Of a stretch of DNA of 43,929 nucleotides, positions 1 to 11,164 are shown piece by piece. How positions within the stretch are numbered: the stretch's first letter is position 1; every line of letters begins with the position of its first letter. Origin of the DNA: Nemertoderma westbladi (lineage: Eukaryota > Animalia > Xenacoelomorpha). A program made the position numbers and the translations under genes. The DNA lies in the NCBI GenBank assembly GCA_032718475.1, contig JAUCBJ010004820.1, positions 1 through 43,929 on the forward strand, read 5' to 3'. The notes beneath the pieces were generated by a model, which had not been told where the DNA came from, ran no database searches, and saw only the letters and a program-made list of their open reading frames with translations.

Positions 1-142
1 TTAGAAGCCACCCTCGTTGCATATAGGGAGTTTGATGCTCTTCCGGTTGCATAGCGGGAGCTGGTGGCTCTCGCTTTCGCTCTCTTTGTTGCATATATGG
101 GATTGGGGGGCCTTCTGGTTGCAAAGGGGGAATTTGAGGCAC
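1..142 (-). CDS. 5' part of a second paralog of the Pro/Gln-repeat + multi-cold-shock-domain gene (continues beyond the window start)
   Basis: Aligns without gaps to 18223-18364 with 7 substitutions; translates VPQIPPLQPEGPPIPYMQQRERKREPPAPAMQPEEHQTPYMQRGWLL. Confidence 0.8.
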   Translation of the reverse strand, partial: MPQIPPLQPEGPPIPYMQQRERKREPPAPAMQPEEHQTPYMQRGWLL

Positions 143-822
143 ATCTCTTGGTATAATGACAATGTCTGGTAGGTCGTAGCACTGGCGAGTTAATGTGATT
201 CTGTTTACTTAAAGACGGTGGTCCTTTGCTAAGAACGGCTGACTTTTGACAGCTTCATGAAATCAAGCAGAGCATCTTTGAAGTTTGTGTCAATTTCACA
301 ATTCCAGCCATCTGACTGATTATGAGCAGTAAGTACTTAGTGAAACATAGTTCTTTAATTAATGTATTCCTTATGTTTGAATGTGTTATTTATAATATTT
401 CTACACTACCATGAAATAGAAACTACCTTTTCTAAGAAAACTAAATAAATTTTAAATAATATATTAGTTGCCATAGATATTATCTTGATCAATAATAAAA
501 AATATACACTAGACATATATCATCTCCCTTAATACAACAACCATTATTTCTAGCAAATGAACCCCCACCCCCCTGATATTTTTCAAATTTCAAAATCCAC
601 AGTTCCACACCTTATTTTTTACTGCCTGGCCGTATTTTCAATTTTCAAATTATTTATCTACACCAAGATGTTAAAGATGCCCATTTAGCAATATGTATCC
701 TTCTCTGTTGGCTTTATTTTTCGTTTTCTGAATGTAATCTAGATATCAATAGAACCGCCTTCTTCATTGCCAAAGATATTAGCAAATACTCAGGTGTAGG
801 CCAACATTTATTTTGAGATGTA

Positions 823-3097
823 CTACTACTACTAGGTCGAGCGAACTCGGACAGTGGAAATGAGATCCTTCCAGGATTCCCGATTCTCCATAGTTGTCGC
901 AATTTCGTTTCTCCCAAGTTCAGTATCCCTTTCAAGTTGATCTATATATGTTATGGCCGGTCGTCCACGACTACGCTTTGCATGAGTTGGTTGCCAGAGA
1001 AGTAGATCTGGTATGAGCTCGTCTTTACTTCGCCAGCAGTGCCCACTGAATCTTATTCTGCGTTCACGGAGGGTGGTTGATACAGGTGGTATTGTACCAT
1101 AAAGCTCGGCGTTTGTCATGTGTTGTCTCCAGCTGATGTTTAGGGCTGCCCTTAGTAGTCTTGTGTAGCAACCATCAATTCGTTGTTCAAGTGATTTAGT
1201 CAGTGTCCAGGTCTCACCCCCGTATAAAAATACACTTTCCACTGTGGCTCGAAAGAACTTAGTCTTCAGTTGCCTGGAGAGATCTGATTTCCAGATGGTA
1301 TCCATTTTTGATAGAGCTACCCAAGCCTTTGCTTTCCTAACTTCTATGTCCTTTTTGCTACTCTCTATCCATGATCCAAGGTACTGGAAGTCATCGACCT
1401 TCCTTAGTTGATTATTATCAATGGTTGTCAAGTTTCCATCAACATTAAAGGTCATGAATTCGGTCTTGGTAGCATTTATATGCAATCCAACCTCCTTAGC
1501 GCCCTCTCCACTTTATTTAGTAGAAGCTGTGCATCTGCTAGCGTATTAGAGAGCAGGGCGATGTCATCCGCAAAGTCGGTGTCTGTGACTGTAGTTTCCG
1601 GATATCTACTACTTCTGCGTTCTTGAAGTGTGAATCCCAGATCTTCACCCTTTGTGGCTGTCCTCATTGCGTAATCCAGCACAATTACAAATAGTAATGG
1701 TGCTAATGTGTCACCTTGCAGTACGCCAGCCAGGATTGAGAAAAACTCAGTTTCACCATCTGGTGAGAGTACCTGCGCTTCTGTGTCACAATATAACAAT
1801 CCAATGCCAGCAACAATTACTTCTGGTATTCCATAAGCTCTTAGGATTTCAAGCATTTTACCTCTATGGATGGAGTCGAATGCCTTCTTGAAGTCCACAA
1901 AAGTCATGACTGCGGGGAGATTCTTTGACTTAATTCCTTCAATCATTCTCCATAGTGCAAGTATCTGAGCTATTGTTGATCTACTTGGTCGAAATCCGTT
2001 TTGGCTCTTACGCAGTAGTTTCTCTATGTGAGGCCTAATCCTATATAGAATCATTTTATTGTATATTTTGGCAGCTACCACAAGCAGACAGATCCCACGA
2101 TAGTTTGTTGGTATGCCGAGGTCTCCTTTCTTGGGGAGAGGCTTTAGTTGACCTTTAGTCCAAATTGGTGGTGGCTTTTCCCCTTTTAACATCCGGTTGC
2201 AAACATTCAATAATGGTCTATTTAGCACTCCGGTTTTCCATACCTCTGCTGGGATTTCATCTAATCCACTCGCTTTATTATTGGACATGCTTTTAATGCT
2301 TCTTTGGAGTTCGGCAGGTGTGAAGTCCCCTGTTTCTATAGGTAGTGTCTTGTCATATATTTTGACCTCGATGTTTGGTGGGTGCCCAAGCAAGTTGCTG
2401 AAGTAATTTTTCCACTTCCCAACACGTTCTTCAGGACTATCGGCTTTGAGGCGCGCCTTTGCACATCTTTTCCGACCAGATACCTCATTTACAGTTTGCC
2501 AGGTAAGTCTTGATTGTTGCTGTATGTGAGCAGTTGTAATTGCTTCAGTTTTATCCTGTATGTACTTTTCCTGGGTGATGTTGTAGGCCAATTTAAGATC
2601 GTCCTTAGCTTTCTCAACCTTGTTAATGTTTTCGGTTGTTGGTTGTTCGGTTTTAACTTTGTAGGCTATCTTAAGATCTTCTCTCTTACAAGTAACCTCA
2701 GAGTTTTGCCATGGCACATACTGTTTTCGTTTAGGTTTCTGGGGGATATGCCTCTTAGCTTATTCCTTGTGGGCTGTTATTATATTCTGGTATATTGAAT
2801 CGGTGGATTGGTCTTCATCCATTGACTGAAGTGCTTCAAAGCGGTTTTGAACTTCTACTGTATAAGCATCCTTTACAGCATTGTCAGTTCCGAGTTTCTC
2901 CCAGTCATAGTTGATTTGCTTGCTTGTCCTGGGTTTGCTGGCTCTCAAACTGAGTCTGATCTCTGCAGTCACAATTCTGTGGTCCGAACCAATTAGGTTG
3001 AACGAGCTGTATGCCTCGCAGTTGATCATGCTATTCCTCCACTTTTTGTTTATAAGGATGTAACCCAGTTGTGCTTTGGTTCCATTAGGGTATTGAA
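823..3097 (-). mobile_element. RTE-like non-LTR retrotransposon, family A, 5'-truncated and frameshifted
   Basis: APE C-terminal motif (SDH), RT motifs NYRGI, QNGFR, QGDTLAP, DFADD, YLGS; (TAG)n tail at 821-834; 57-bp direct repeat at 766-822 and 3137-3193; 1-nt frameshift near 1500. Confidence 0.93.
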
Positions 3098-3346
3098 GAT
3101 TTCGAATCTTAAAACCGTTTTTAAAGGTCACCAAAAATTGCCAAAGATATTAGCAAATACTCAGGTGTAGGCCAACATTTATTTTGAGATGTAGATTGTT
3201 ATAATTCTAAAGTGTTTTGTCTTTATTCCAGAATATTAATTATTATTTAGCTGAGAGTTAAACACTCTCAATTTTGTTTCTTCATTTCGCGTTTTTAATA
3301 TTCTGGAATTGAGTAAAAAAAACATTGTAATTAATAACTATTTATT

Positions 3347-3478
3347 ATATTGTGTATAATATAGCACTTAATCTCACGCCGGTCCCGAGTGTTAATATTT
3401 ACACGAATGAGCGGAGCGAGTTAGTGAAATATTGAAACGAGGGACCGAAGTGAGATAAAGGTACATTATACACAATAT
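3347..3478. repeat. ~130-bp imperfect palindrome (second copy ~19250-19383), probably a non-autonomous DNA element end
   Basis: atattgtgtataat...ctcac...ggtccc...aatatt / aatatt...gggacc...gtgag...attatacacaatat around a gagcggagcgag core. Confidence 0.6.
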
Positions 3479-4779
3479 CATAATACAAACAATCACAATA
3501 CACAATATGTTGTTTTATTGTTAAATTTCTGGATTACTTAACAAGATGTATAATAGATAATAGAAGCCATTTCTTATATTTGTATGTTTTGTTCACGATT
3601 CACGAACATTTTCGTTATTATATACCAAATTTCTAGAACTATGTTCTAGATCTCTTAAAAATGTTACAGTAAAAATTTCTGGAAAATTTTTATATACCAG
3701 CAAACATGTTCTAGATCAACAATTTAGAAATAACAAAAACTAGCTAATATATTAATTTGAATTATTTAAAAAAATTTAATATAATTAAAAAAATACTAGC
3801 TAACATGTTGACGTTGACGAACATACTAGCTAGTATAAAAAATACCTTATATTAGGTCATTTTCTATATTAGGTGGCTGCAACAAGTAATAGTTAATAAT
3901 ACACTATGTTATTAATAGTAATCAAATCAACTATGACTATAACTATAACTATAACAACTATACTAGAAAGCCAGCAAGCTGGCTGGAAGGAGCCCGGGGG
4001 AAAAATCCTAGCCAAGACTATTACAAAGAACTATGTCAGTCAGCAGTAAGTAAACTAAGCAATTGTCTAAAATGCAAGGCGTGAGGCTAGCTGACTTTGT
4101 GGCTCGCCCCACATAATAAAAAATGCAACTTAGATACCACTAACAAAAATATAATATGAAGCAAATAATTTCATTATCAAGCACGTTTACAAGATATAAG
4201 ATTACCGAATATTTATAAAAAATGCCCATGATGCACAACCAGATAAATAACAACGAATAGAGCCAAATAACAAATTTAGTTTCCTTCTATAGGTATTACC
4301 CCGTCGTCAAGCGGAATATCTCTTCCTAGTGAATCCTATGTGAATATGTAATATAGGTAGGTACTCCTGCTAAGTTAGGCGGTAGGCCAGAGCGGGCTCC
4401 TTAAATACATGTAACTACTGAATTATACTCAACTATAAAACATTTTGTAATCCACAGTGAGTAACAACTGCAATAGGACACAACACACTGCTTTGTGTAA
4501 CTAAAATTCATTCTCCTGATTCAACCCCCTAACATAGCGGAGTGAGTAACCTTATTGTAGATATACCCTTAGGAAGCACTGGGAGAGCAATCAGCTTATG
4601 GGGTAATACATTAGAAACCAACAGCTTATGTGTGAGTAAGCATTGCCTTTCCTTATAGCCTACTAGTAAAACTTGGCCACCAACACGTTTTACTATGACT
4701 GTGTATAAAATATTAAGCCATATTTCATCATGAACACCAGCTGTTATTTTACCATTGCTTTTAATTTCGCGACAAAATA

Positions 4780-5000
4780 ATGTCAAAAAACTAGATCTAT
4801 CGAATACCACACATAGAATCGATCTGAAATTTTGTAACGCGATTATGAACCACCAAAGAAATGTACATGCAAAATTTCATCAAAATCGCAAGGCAGGAAG
4901 TGCCTGAACCTGGATAATTATCAGTCAGTCAGTCAGTGTCATATAATAATAAATAAATAGGTGGATTACATATGGCTCGTCCATAGACGAGCGTAAGTAT
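4780..5000 (-). mobile_element. Helentron-associated (HINE/DINE-1-like) element fragment
   Basis: Hairpin gctcgtc-cata-gacgagc, (CAGT)n microsatellite and gattttgatgaaattt core on the minus strand; 4950-5128 recurs at 21786-21960. Confidence 0.55.
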
Positions 5001-5127
5001 TCCAGAAAATTAACAACAAAATATATTTTTATTATTTCTGATAAGAATGCTCTTCGATGCTATAACAAACAACACTGCTAAATTTTTATTTTGAAGAAAA
5101 GTCCTAATATTATAGCATTTTTTGCTT

Positions 5128-5470
5128 ATTAGCAAGTCGTAGGACTTGATTACTGTAAGAATTGTTGACTGACTGGCTGGCTGGCTGGCTGACTGACTGG
5201 CTGGCTGGCTGGCTGACTGACTGACTGATCTACAGCCGAAACTACTCTAACGATTTTGATGAAATTTTCACAGCATCTAGATACCGCGATTCTAAGGTCC
5301 CTGGCATGATCGGCTACTCCGTCCATAGCCTCTGGGCTCGAAAAATAGAGATAAACAAAAAAACGCCATAGGCGCAATGGTAAAATAACACCAATGACAG
5401 CTTGTTGATGGAATTTACATTTGATTGATGACTTCTGACTTGCTTAACTGCGTATTGACGCCGTCTCTAG
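5128..5470 (+). mobile_element. HINE/DINE-1-like non-autonomous element, copy a
   Basis: Subterminal IR agcaagtc...gacttgct, 5' hairpin caagtc-gtag-gacttg, (GACT/GGCT)n microsatellite; absent from the related site at 21960. Confidence 0.7.
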
Positions 5471-5504
5471 TCAAACACTTTCAATTTTTCTATAAATGGT
5501 TTAA

Positions 5505-5851
5505 GGGGGGGGGGGGGGGGGGGTACACCATTTTGGTCAAAAATATGTCGAAATTTTTTTATGGTCTATTATAATGCACCATTGAATGGTGTTTCTAAAT
5601 CTGAAAACCGCTATTTAATAGCTCTTTTAGTTTTAAGTTATAACAATTTCCATTTAGGGAATCCTATTGAAATTACTATTACTATGTATAATGAAAGGTC
5701 GATTATCTTAAAATAAATTTTTTATGAAATTGTCAACTTCAAAACCCTACTACTTCTACAATTTTTGAGGAATTAGTCTGAAACTTTCTGTGCGTGTCTA
5801 CATAGCCACCCTGCATAAAAGTATCAGACAACTTTTCGAAATTATTTGTTA
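5505..5851 (+). mobile_element. Kolobok-like non-autonomous DNA transposon end
   Basis: TTAA followed by G-run-tacaccattttgg; reverse complement of 31313-31653. Confidence 0.6.
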
Positions 5852-6158
5852 ATTAGCAAGTCGTAGGACTTGATTACTGTAAGAATTGTTGACTGACTGG
5901 CTGACTGACTGACTGGCTGGCTGGCTGACTGACTGACTGACTGATCTACAGCCAAAACTACTCTAACGATTTTGCTGAAATTTTCACAGCAGCTAGATAC
6001 CGCGATTCTAAGGTCCCTGGTATGTTCCGCTATTTCGTCCATGAGCCGTGGGCTCAAAAAATAGACATAAACGAAAAAACGCCATAGGCGCAATGGTAAA
6101 ATAACACCAATGACAGCTTGTTGATGGAATTTGATTGATGACTTCCGACTTGCTTAAC
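5852..6158 (+). mobile_element. HINE/DINE-1-like non-autonomous element, copy b
   Basis: Direct repeat of 5128-5448 with the same subTIRs (agcaagtcg/cgacttgct) and microsatellite. Confidence 0.7.
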
Positions 6159-6717
6159 ATAAATACAGTCTGACAGTAATAGTAAGATAGTGCTGTAGTT
6201 AGTAGTAGTAGTAGTAGGTCAACCTCAACTGACTGTTTTTAAATGCGGACCTAATCAAGATGCGAGCGCAGCGAACACGAAAATTTTAACATTTCAGCAT
6301 TTAAAGTAGGCAACTGGCAAACCGACTGTTTTCAAATGCAGATGTCATGAAATTGCGAGCTGGCGAGCGTAGCGAGCAAGGAAATTCTGCTGAATCATGC
6401 AGGGTGTCATGGTTTTATTGGTTTGAAGAATCTGACAATTGAAAAACTTTTGTTTTTCATGTTTTCAATTTTTTTTCAATTTTCATGTTTTTCATTGTTT
6501 CAATGATTTTAATGGTCATGCTCAATCTGTCTGTTTCCATTTGTCCACAGCCAGACAGTGCTAAGAGTAGACTTACAGTATAAATGCGAGCGAAGCGAGC
6601 GGACATTTTTCGATCTTTTTAAACCTATGGAATAATTTCAAATAGAGCTGTAGAGTGGGATGTGTTGCTAGTGCACTGCTACGCTACCCAGCTACCTCCT
6701 ACTGTCCTAACCTAACC

Positions 6718-7542
6718 CTACATCCATATTCGCGCCAGGACCGCCAGGATCCTCAATGCACGCCACACGCCCCTGTCACTACGCGCCAGGATCCTTAATC
6801 CGCGCCACACGCCCCTGTCACTACGCGCCAGGATCCTTAATCCGCGCCACACATGTTGAGCAAACTCTATATAAATTCCAACCTGGGCCGACGAGACCGA
6901 ATCCTCGGAGTTAACCTCGGATTCACCCTCGTGCGGATCTGCCCAACCCACTAACTTAATTCCCCTAGCATCCACTAAATACGGCCCTATGTACACAATT
7001 TGGGGCTCCATAATCCCGGATCGCCACATTTCAAATAGTTCGGTGGCGACCCCCATCGCTCTCTCACTGGCTAGTTCTCCCTGTCCGAAGCGAACTAGAT
7101 AATCAAAATGTTTATTCGACTCACCTAGTCGCTTCTCTAGTTTCACCTGGTCCACTTTCGCTCCTTCCTTGGCCTCCCTCAGCTGCTTCTTTGTGGCGTT
7201 GTAAGCCCGCCGGAGCCGGTTGCTGACTCCGACGTCCTCGTCGCCGACATCTCCTCTTTCTCTCCGCGTTCGGCGTAGTACCAGCGGCCCCACCATCGCC
7301 GTTCCAGTGGGCCGTCCGTCGCCCTCGGCCTGTGGCTGGCCGGTGACTCCGGTGCTTCGACCGCCGCTGTGCGTCGACTCGTCCCCTCTCGCTAGTAGAC
7401 GGCCCCCCTCCGCTTGGGTTGCCGGATCGTCTTCTTTCGGCGAGTCCGGCGTTGCGGGTCGATACCGCCTCGTCGCGGCCTCGCGGATCGTTAGGTTGTC
7501 GTCCGGGGTCCGCGGCAGTGTCCTCTTTCCCTCTTGGCTCAT
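6718..7542 (-). CDS. Putative gag-like ORF (truncated) of an LTR retrotransposon
   Basis: GC-rich ORF with ATG at 7542, 55 nt downstream of the putative LTR; coiled-coil-like SNRLRRAYNATKKQLREAKE segment; no diagnostic gag motif recognised. Confidence 0.45.
   Translation of the reverse strand: MSQEGKRTLPRTPDDNLTIREAATRRYRPATPDSPKEDDPATQAEGGRLLARGDESTHSGGRSTGVTGQPQAEGDGRPTGTAMVGPLVLRRTRRERGDVGDEDVGVSNRLRRAYNATKKQLREAKEGAKVDQVKLEKRLGESNKHFDYLVRFGQGELASERAMGVATELFEMWRSGIMEPQIVYIGPYLVDARGIKLVGWADPHEGESEVNSEDSVSSAQVGIYIEFAQHVWRGLRILARSDRGVWRGLRILARSDRGVWRALRILAVLARIWM
6743..6852. repeat. 42-bp tandem repeat, ~2.6 copies
   Basis: Unit cgccaggatccttaatccgcgccacacgcccctgtcactacg; encodes GVWRGLRILARSDR on the minus strand. 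Confidence 0.9.
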
Positions 7543-7597
7543 CTTTACTCTCTCGTGGTGGCTGGCAGTCACAGTCGTGGTCCCTTAGATTTTGTAC

Positions 7598-8297
7598 TGT
7601 GACGGGATCAGGGGATCCCGACCGGTGAATTAAGTTACGCGTCACCGCGTTGTTGGAAAGAAGATAGTTTGTTGTTGTTATTGTCTTGATATTGTTATAG
7701 ATTGACGGTAATATAGATAATGCAGTTGCAGTACAGCAGTAATGAGATAATCTGACAGTAACGGTGACGGTACAAAATGTCACTGGTCCCCACTGTGTGA
7801 CTGAGATGACTGAAAGGGGGTGGATATTGACTGGTAATATATATTGGTTAGCTACATTACTTGTGGCCCTTGTACCTAGCAGATGCATTTCCTGGCGCTG
7901 ATTGGCCAATAACCTAATTCTCGGCTCCCACCTCTGTGGGAGTGTTTCCCCCCCGCTGCTGTCACTTTCCTCTCCCGGAGGTTTAACCTCTGACCTCCCT
8001 TTGTGTGGCCCTTCGGGGTTTGTTGTCCCCATTTATTGGGTGTGTGATACGAGGTTAATTGGGGATTAACCTCGTATCCCCAGTATTGCTTAAAGGCGCC
8101 ACTTCCCAACTTTATGGGGCGGTGGGCGGAATTGAATCCGCTCACATAATCCAATTATACCATTCAGTATATAGACACATGACCACTCCTGGGATTTCCC
8201 TATCAACTTCTCCCAACCTTATAACCCAACCTGCAACCCTATATTTGTACTTTAGATTGACAGCTTACAACTAACTCGGTGTATTTTCCCTATCACA
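7598..8297 (-). mobile_element. Putative 5' LTR of a self-priming Ty3/gypsy-type element
   Basis: TGTGA...TCACA termini; minus-strand CCAAT, TATA-like (7836-7845) and TCAGTC initiator (7804-7799); 9-nt PBS complementary to the R region. The 8297 boundary is uncertain. Confidence 0.55.
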
Positions 8298-10562
8298 ATT
8301 ACCTTACGTTATACAGTACATACATACACGTTAACCCTTCTGGGATTCACCTATCTGTTATCCCCCTTTAAAACTCATATATATATATATAGACCACCAC
8401 CTTTTCCTGTTAGTTGCCAGTACATAGTCTGATGCAGACCGGTAGGTCGAAAACATTTACTATTGTATCTTTACCTAATATAATATAACCAGCTAAAGAC
8501 CCTCAATACTTTATTTTTTCTATCATCTTTACACTATGCTGCCGCTGGTGAATGCCTACCACTTCATTCGTTCGTTTAATAAAAATATTTTTGCTACCAC
8601 CATGCAATCCTCAATTGGCTCCAAGGCAGCGTGAATTATTACGATTAAGTATTAAGAATGATATGCGCCGCCGGCTATCATCCATGACTTTCGCGAGATT
8701 AACCGCATCCTCAGAAAAATTTAACTTTTTTCCCATGTAATAAATAATTATTTTAATATTTTACTGTTGGCCAAATTATGCCAATAAATAATATGTATGT
8801 TCATTATTCCATTAGGGACCAGGGGGTGGGTGGGGTGCGTACCCGACAAGATTGTAGCAGAGCATGGCATGCGTGAGTTTGGTGCCCCCAACACGCCTTT
8901 GTAACCGGCTCCTTTATATATTCGATCCGGCTTGAGGCCCCGGCGGCTATATTGTAATAATGATTGTAATAATGATTATCATAAGTAAATAACTTTACAT
9001 ATAAACAATTCAATCGGACAACAAACAAAAATCGTATCATCAATAAAAACCCTATTGGGTTAACAGATAAATAAAAGCAGCCGTGCAAGGTAGAAGTAAG
9101 TAAATAGTTATTAAAATGAAATTACACAAATGCGGTTGGATTATAAGATTATTGTGTATATAAATATTAAATAAAATGTGTATTTATTTGTTGTTCTGGG
9201 GTCTTCAATTTTGGACCACCATAATACACAGCTTGTGGTTAAAAATTCATTGAAATTAACATCTAATGCACAAAGCTGTAAATGTGCTGCCGGTACAACA
9301 AACCTAAGTCATAACCTAAATAAGACTTAAAGTTTTAAAGTTTATACAATTTATAATATAACAATATCTTCAATTAAAGAGATTAACCCCTAATAATAAA
9401 TATTGTATAATAATTATATTATTATGTATTATATGATAAGAATTATATAATAATAATTGCTAATGATGGGATTATTAGTATATTCAAAGCATTAATGGGG
9501 TTAATGGGAACCCCCCCCCCCCCATTAAAGCAACCAACTGCGTCTGACCCAGACAAGCACACAAATAATTAGTAAAAAATTGATTAATACAAAACTTTAC
9601 TAACCTGTTCCTTTAAATGGCAGTGGGACCTAACGCTCTTTGAGAGCTAACGCGACTTTACCTCTTTGTTTTGTACAGAGGGTCTTTTGGGGTGATATAT
9701 TACAGTACGCCCCCCTCACACGTAGCAAATAATTGTTTCTGCAATTTGTTACATTATATCAACTTATCAGCGTTCGGTATGTGAAGAAAGGATTTTATGG
9801 ATGCTAATTTATACATTTTAATCATGTACTATATCGAATATAAGTGAAATTTATTAACAGGTGTATACAGTATTAATTATCTAATATCTTAATAATCTCA
9901 TGCATGGATATGATAAATCATTAGGCCTAATCCATCTTGACTTTAGTCGACTGAAGCAAATTTAGTCACCGTCTGTGTCCGTTCATTTTACTGAACACTG
10001 TCGCTCACATTTTCTTTTCTATTGGAAATTTCGCCATAATGGCGAAATGTAATCCCCCACTCCCACCTCCATGGCTCGCCCCACTCACCTCGATCAAGGC
10101 CTCCTCCACTCTCACCTCAATGGCTCGCCCCACTCACTTTAGTCCCGTCACTGCAAACTGGATAATAAAGCAGCACTCATTAACATAAATGGAAATAATA
10201 CATTCTAGAATACGGTAATTGAAGTTGTTTCCATGTTATTGATTACTTTGCAGCGTTCCGTCCTATAGGCCGCAACGCTGCAAACTGGTACTTTGCAACG
10301 TTGCGAGTAATTCACCAGAACGCTGTTAAGTTGACATAATGTAACAAAAATAAGTAGTTAACATTTCCATTCATTTATTTGTATAATAATTTGCATAATA
10401 TTAGCTAGTACATAAAAATGTGATATAATAAAAGTTTTTAAAGATGTTGCAGTGGAATATAATTGTTTTATTAAAACGTTGCAGCAACTCGTTGCTGGAC
10501 TCCTCACACACAGAATGTTGTTGTAATGAAATGTTTCTGAGTGTCCAGCAACTATTGCAGAC

Positions 10563-10627
10563 CCCTCACACGGAACAACTTTTGTTTCAGAAACAAGTTG
10601 CAGAAACAAAAGTTGCACCGTGTTGAG
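10563..10627. repeat. Imperfect palindrome, possible MITE terminus
   Basis: cacggaacaacttttgtttc / gaaacaaaagttgcaccgtg pair at 18/20; related ccctcacacg ends near 9713 and 12240. Confidence 0.5.
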
Positions 10628-10764
10628 GTTTAAGAGGACCATTAGTCATTTCCCCAAGTTTATTATATTTTATTTATAAAACTACTACTCTGAAATTTTA
10701 ATATAAAGCTGCTGAACATTTTGGTATATGTTAGATGAATAGTATGAGTGAAAAATGTGATGTG

Positions 10765-10925
10765 GCATTGTACTTGACCCAATGAACCCGGCGCAGCATT
10801 ATTATGTATGTGCCATCCAAGGATTTGTTATCCTCAGCAGCTAGATACTGACTGGTACTACTGCTGCTCTAAATAATCGGAAATTAAGTCTCCGGCGACT
10901 TCTGTGGGACTTCCAATCGTTCCAA
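10765..10925 (-). mobile_element. Degraded fragment of RTE-like family B
   Basis: Reverse complement resembles ~38995-39170 (RLFRAAVVPV). Confidence 0.75.
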
Positions 10926-11164
10926 AATTCTGGATATCTTAGGATATGATTTGGTTTGATTGGATAAATATAAGTAAAGGGTGGATTAACTCCCATTCCT
11001 CTTCTATTGGAGGATGTGTTATCCGCATACCGCATTGGATTGCGCATTATATAGTCATATGAGGATGTTATGATTATCGGCATCTAATGCCAGGGTCCTT
11101 ATTTAAGAGCTCTCTCAAGTAAGTCTTGGACTCTCCACGAAGCTTATTCTCTCCATGAGCCGCT

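Larger units (their letters stand above)
1..3955. repeat. Segmental duplication copy 1 (1-765 and 3097-3955 match 18223-19870), interrupted by a LINE
   Basis: Near-identical coding and non-coding sequence; 18981-19100 shows the empty LINE site. Confidence 0.95.

Noticed and set aside
1408-2798. Plus-strand ORFs antisense to the LINE (and equivalents in other copies)
   Set aside because: Shadow ORFs of the RT coding strand
5150-6093. Two similar small ORFs MRLWRFFVY...
   Set aside because: Chance frames across the microsatellite of duplicated HINE-like repeats
6199-6225. 3' end of another RTE copy, (TAG)n followed by gtcaacc
   Set aside because: No LINE homology adjacent to the microsatellite
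6706-6720. Telomeric repeat or telomere-addition site (cctaacctaacccta)
   Set aside because: Only 2-3 units; too short to distinguish from chance
7121-8032. 303-aa ORF overlapping the gag-like ORF
   Set aside because: Runs through the putative LTR and GC-rich DNA; no recognisable domain
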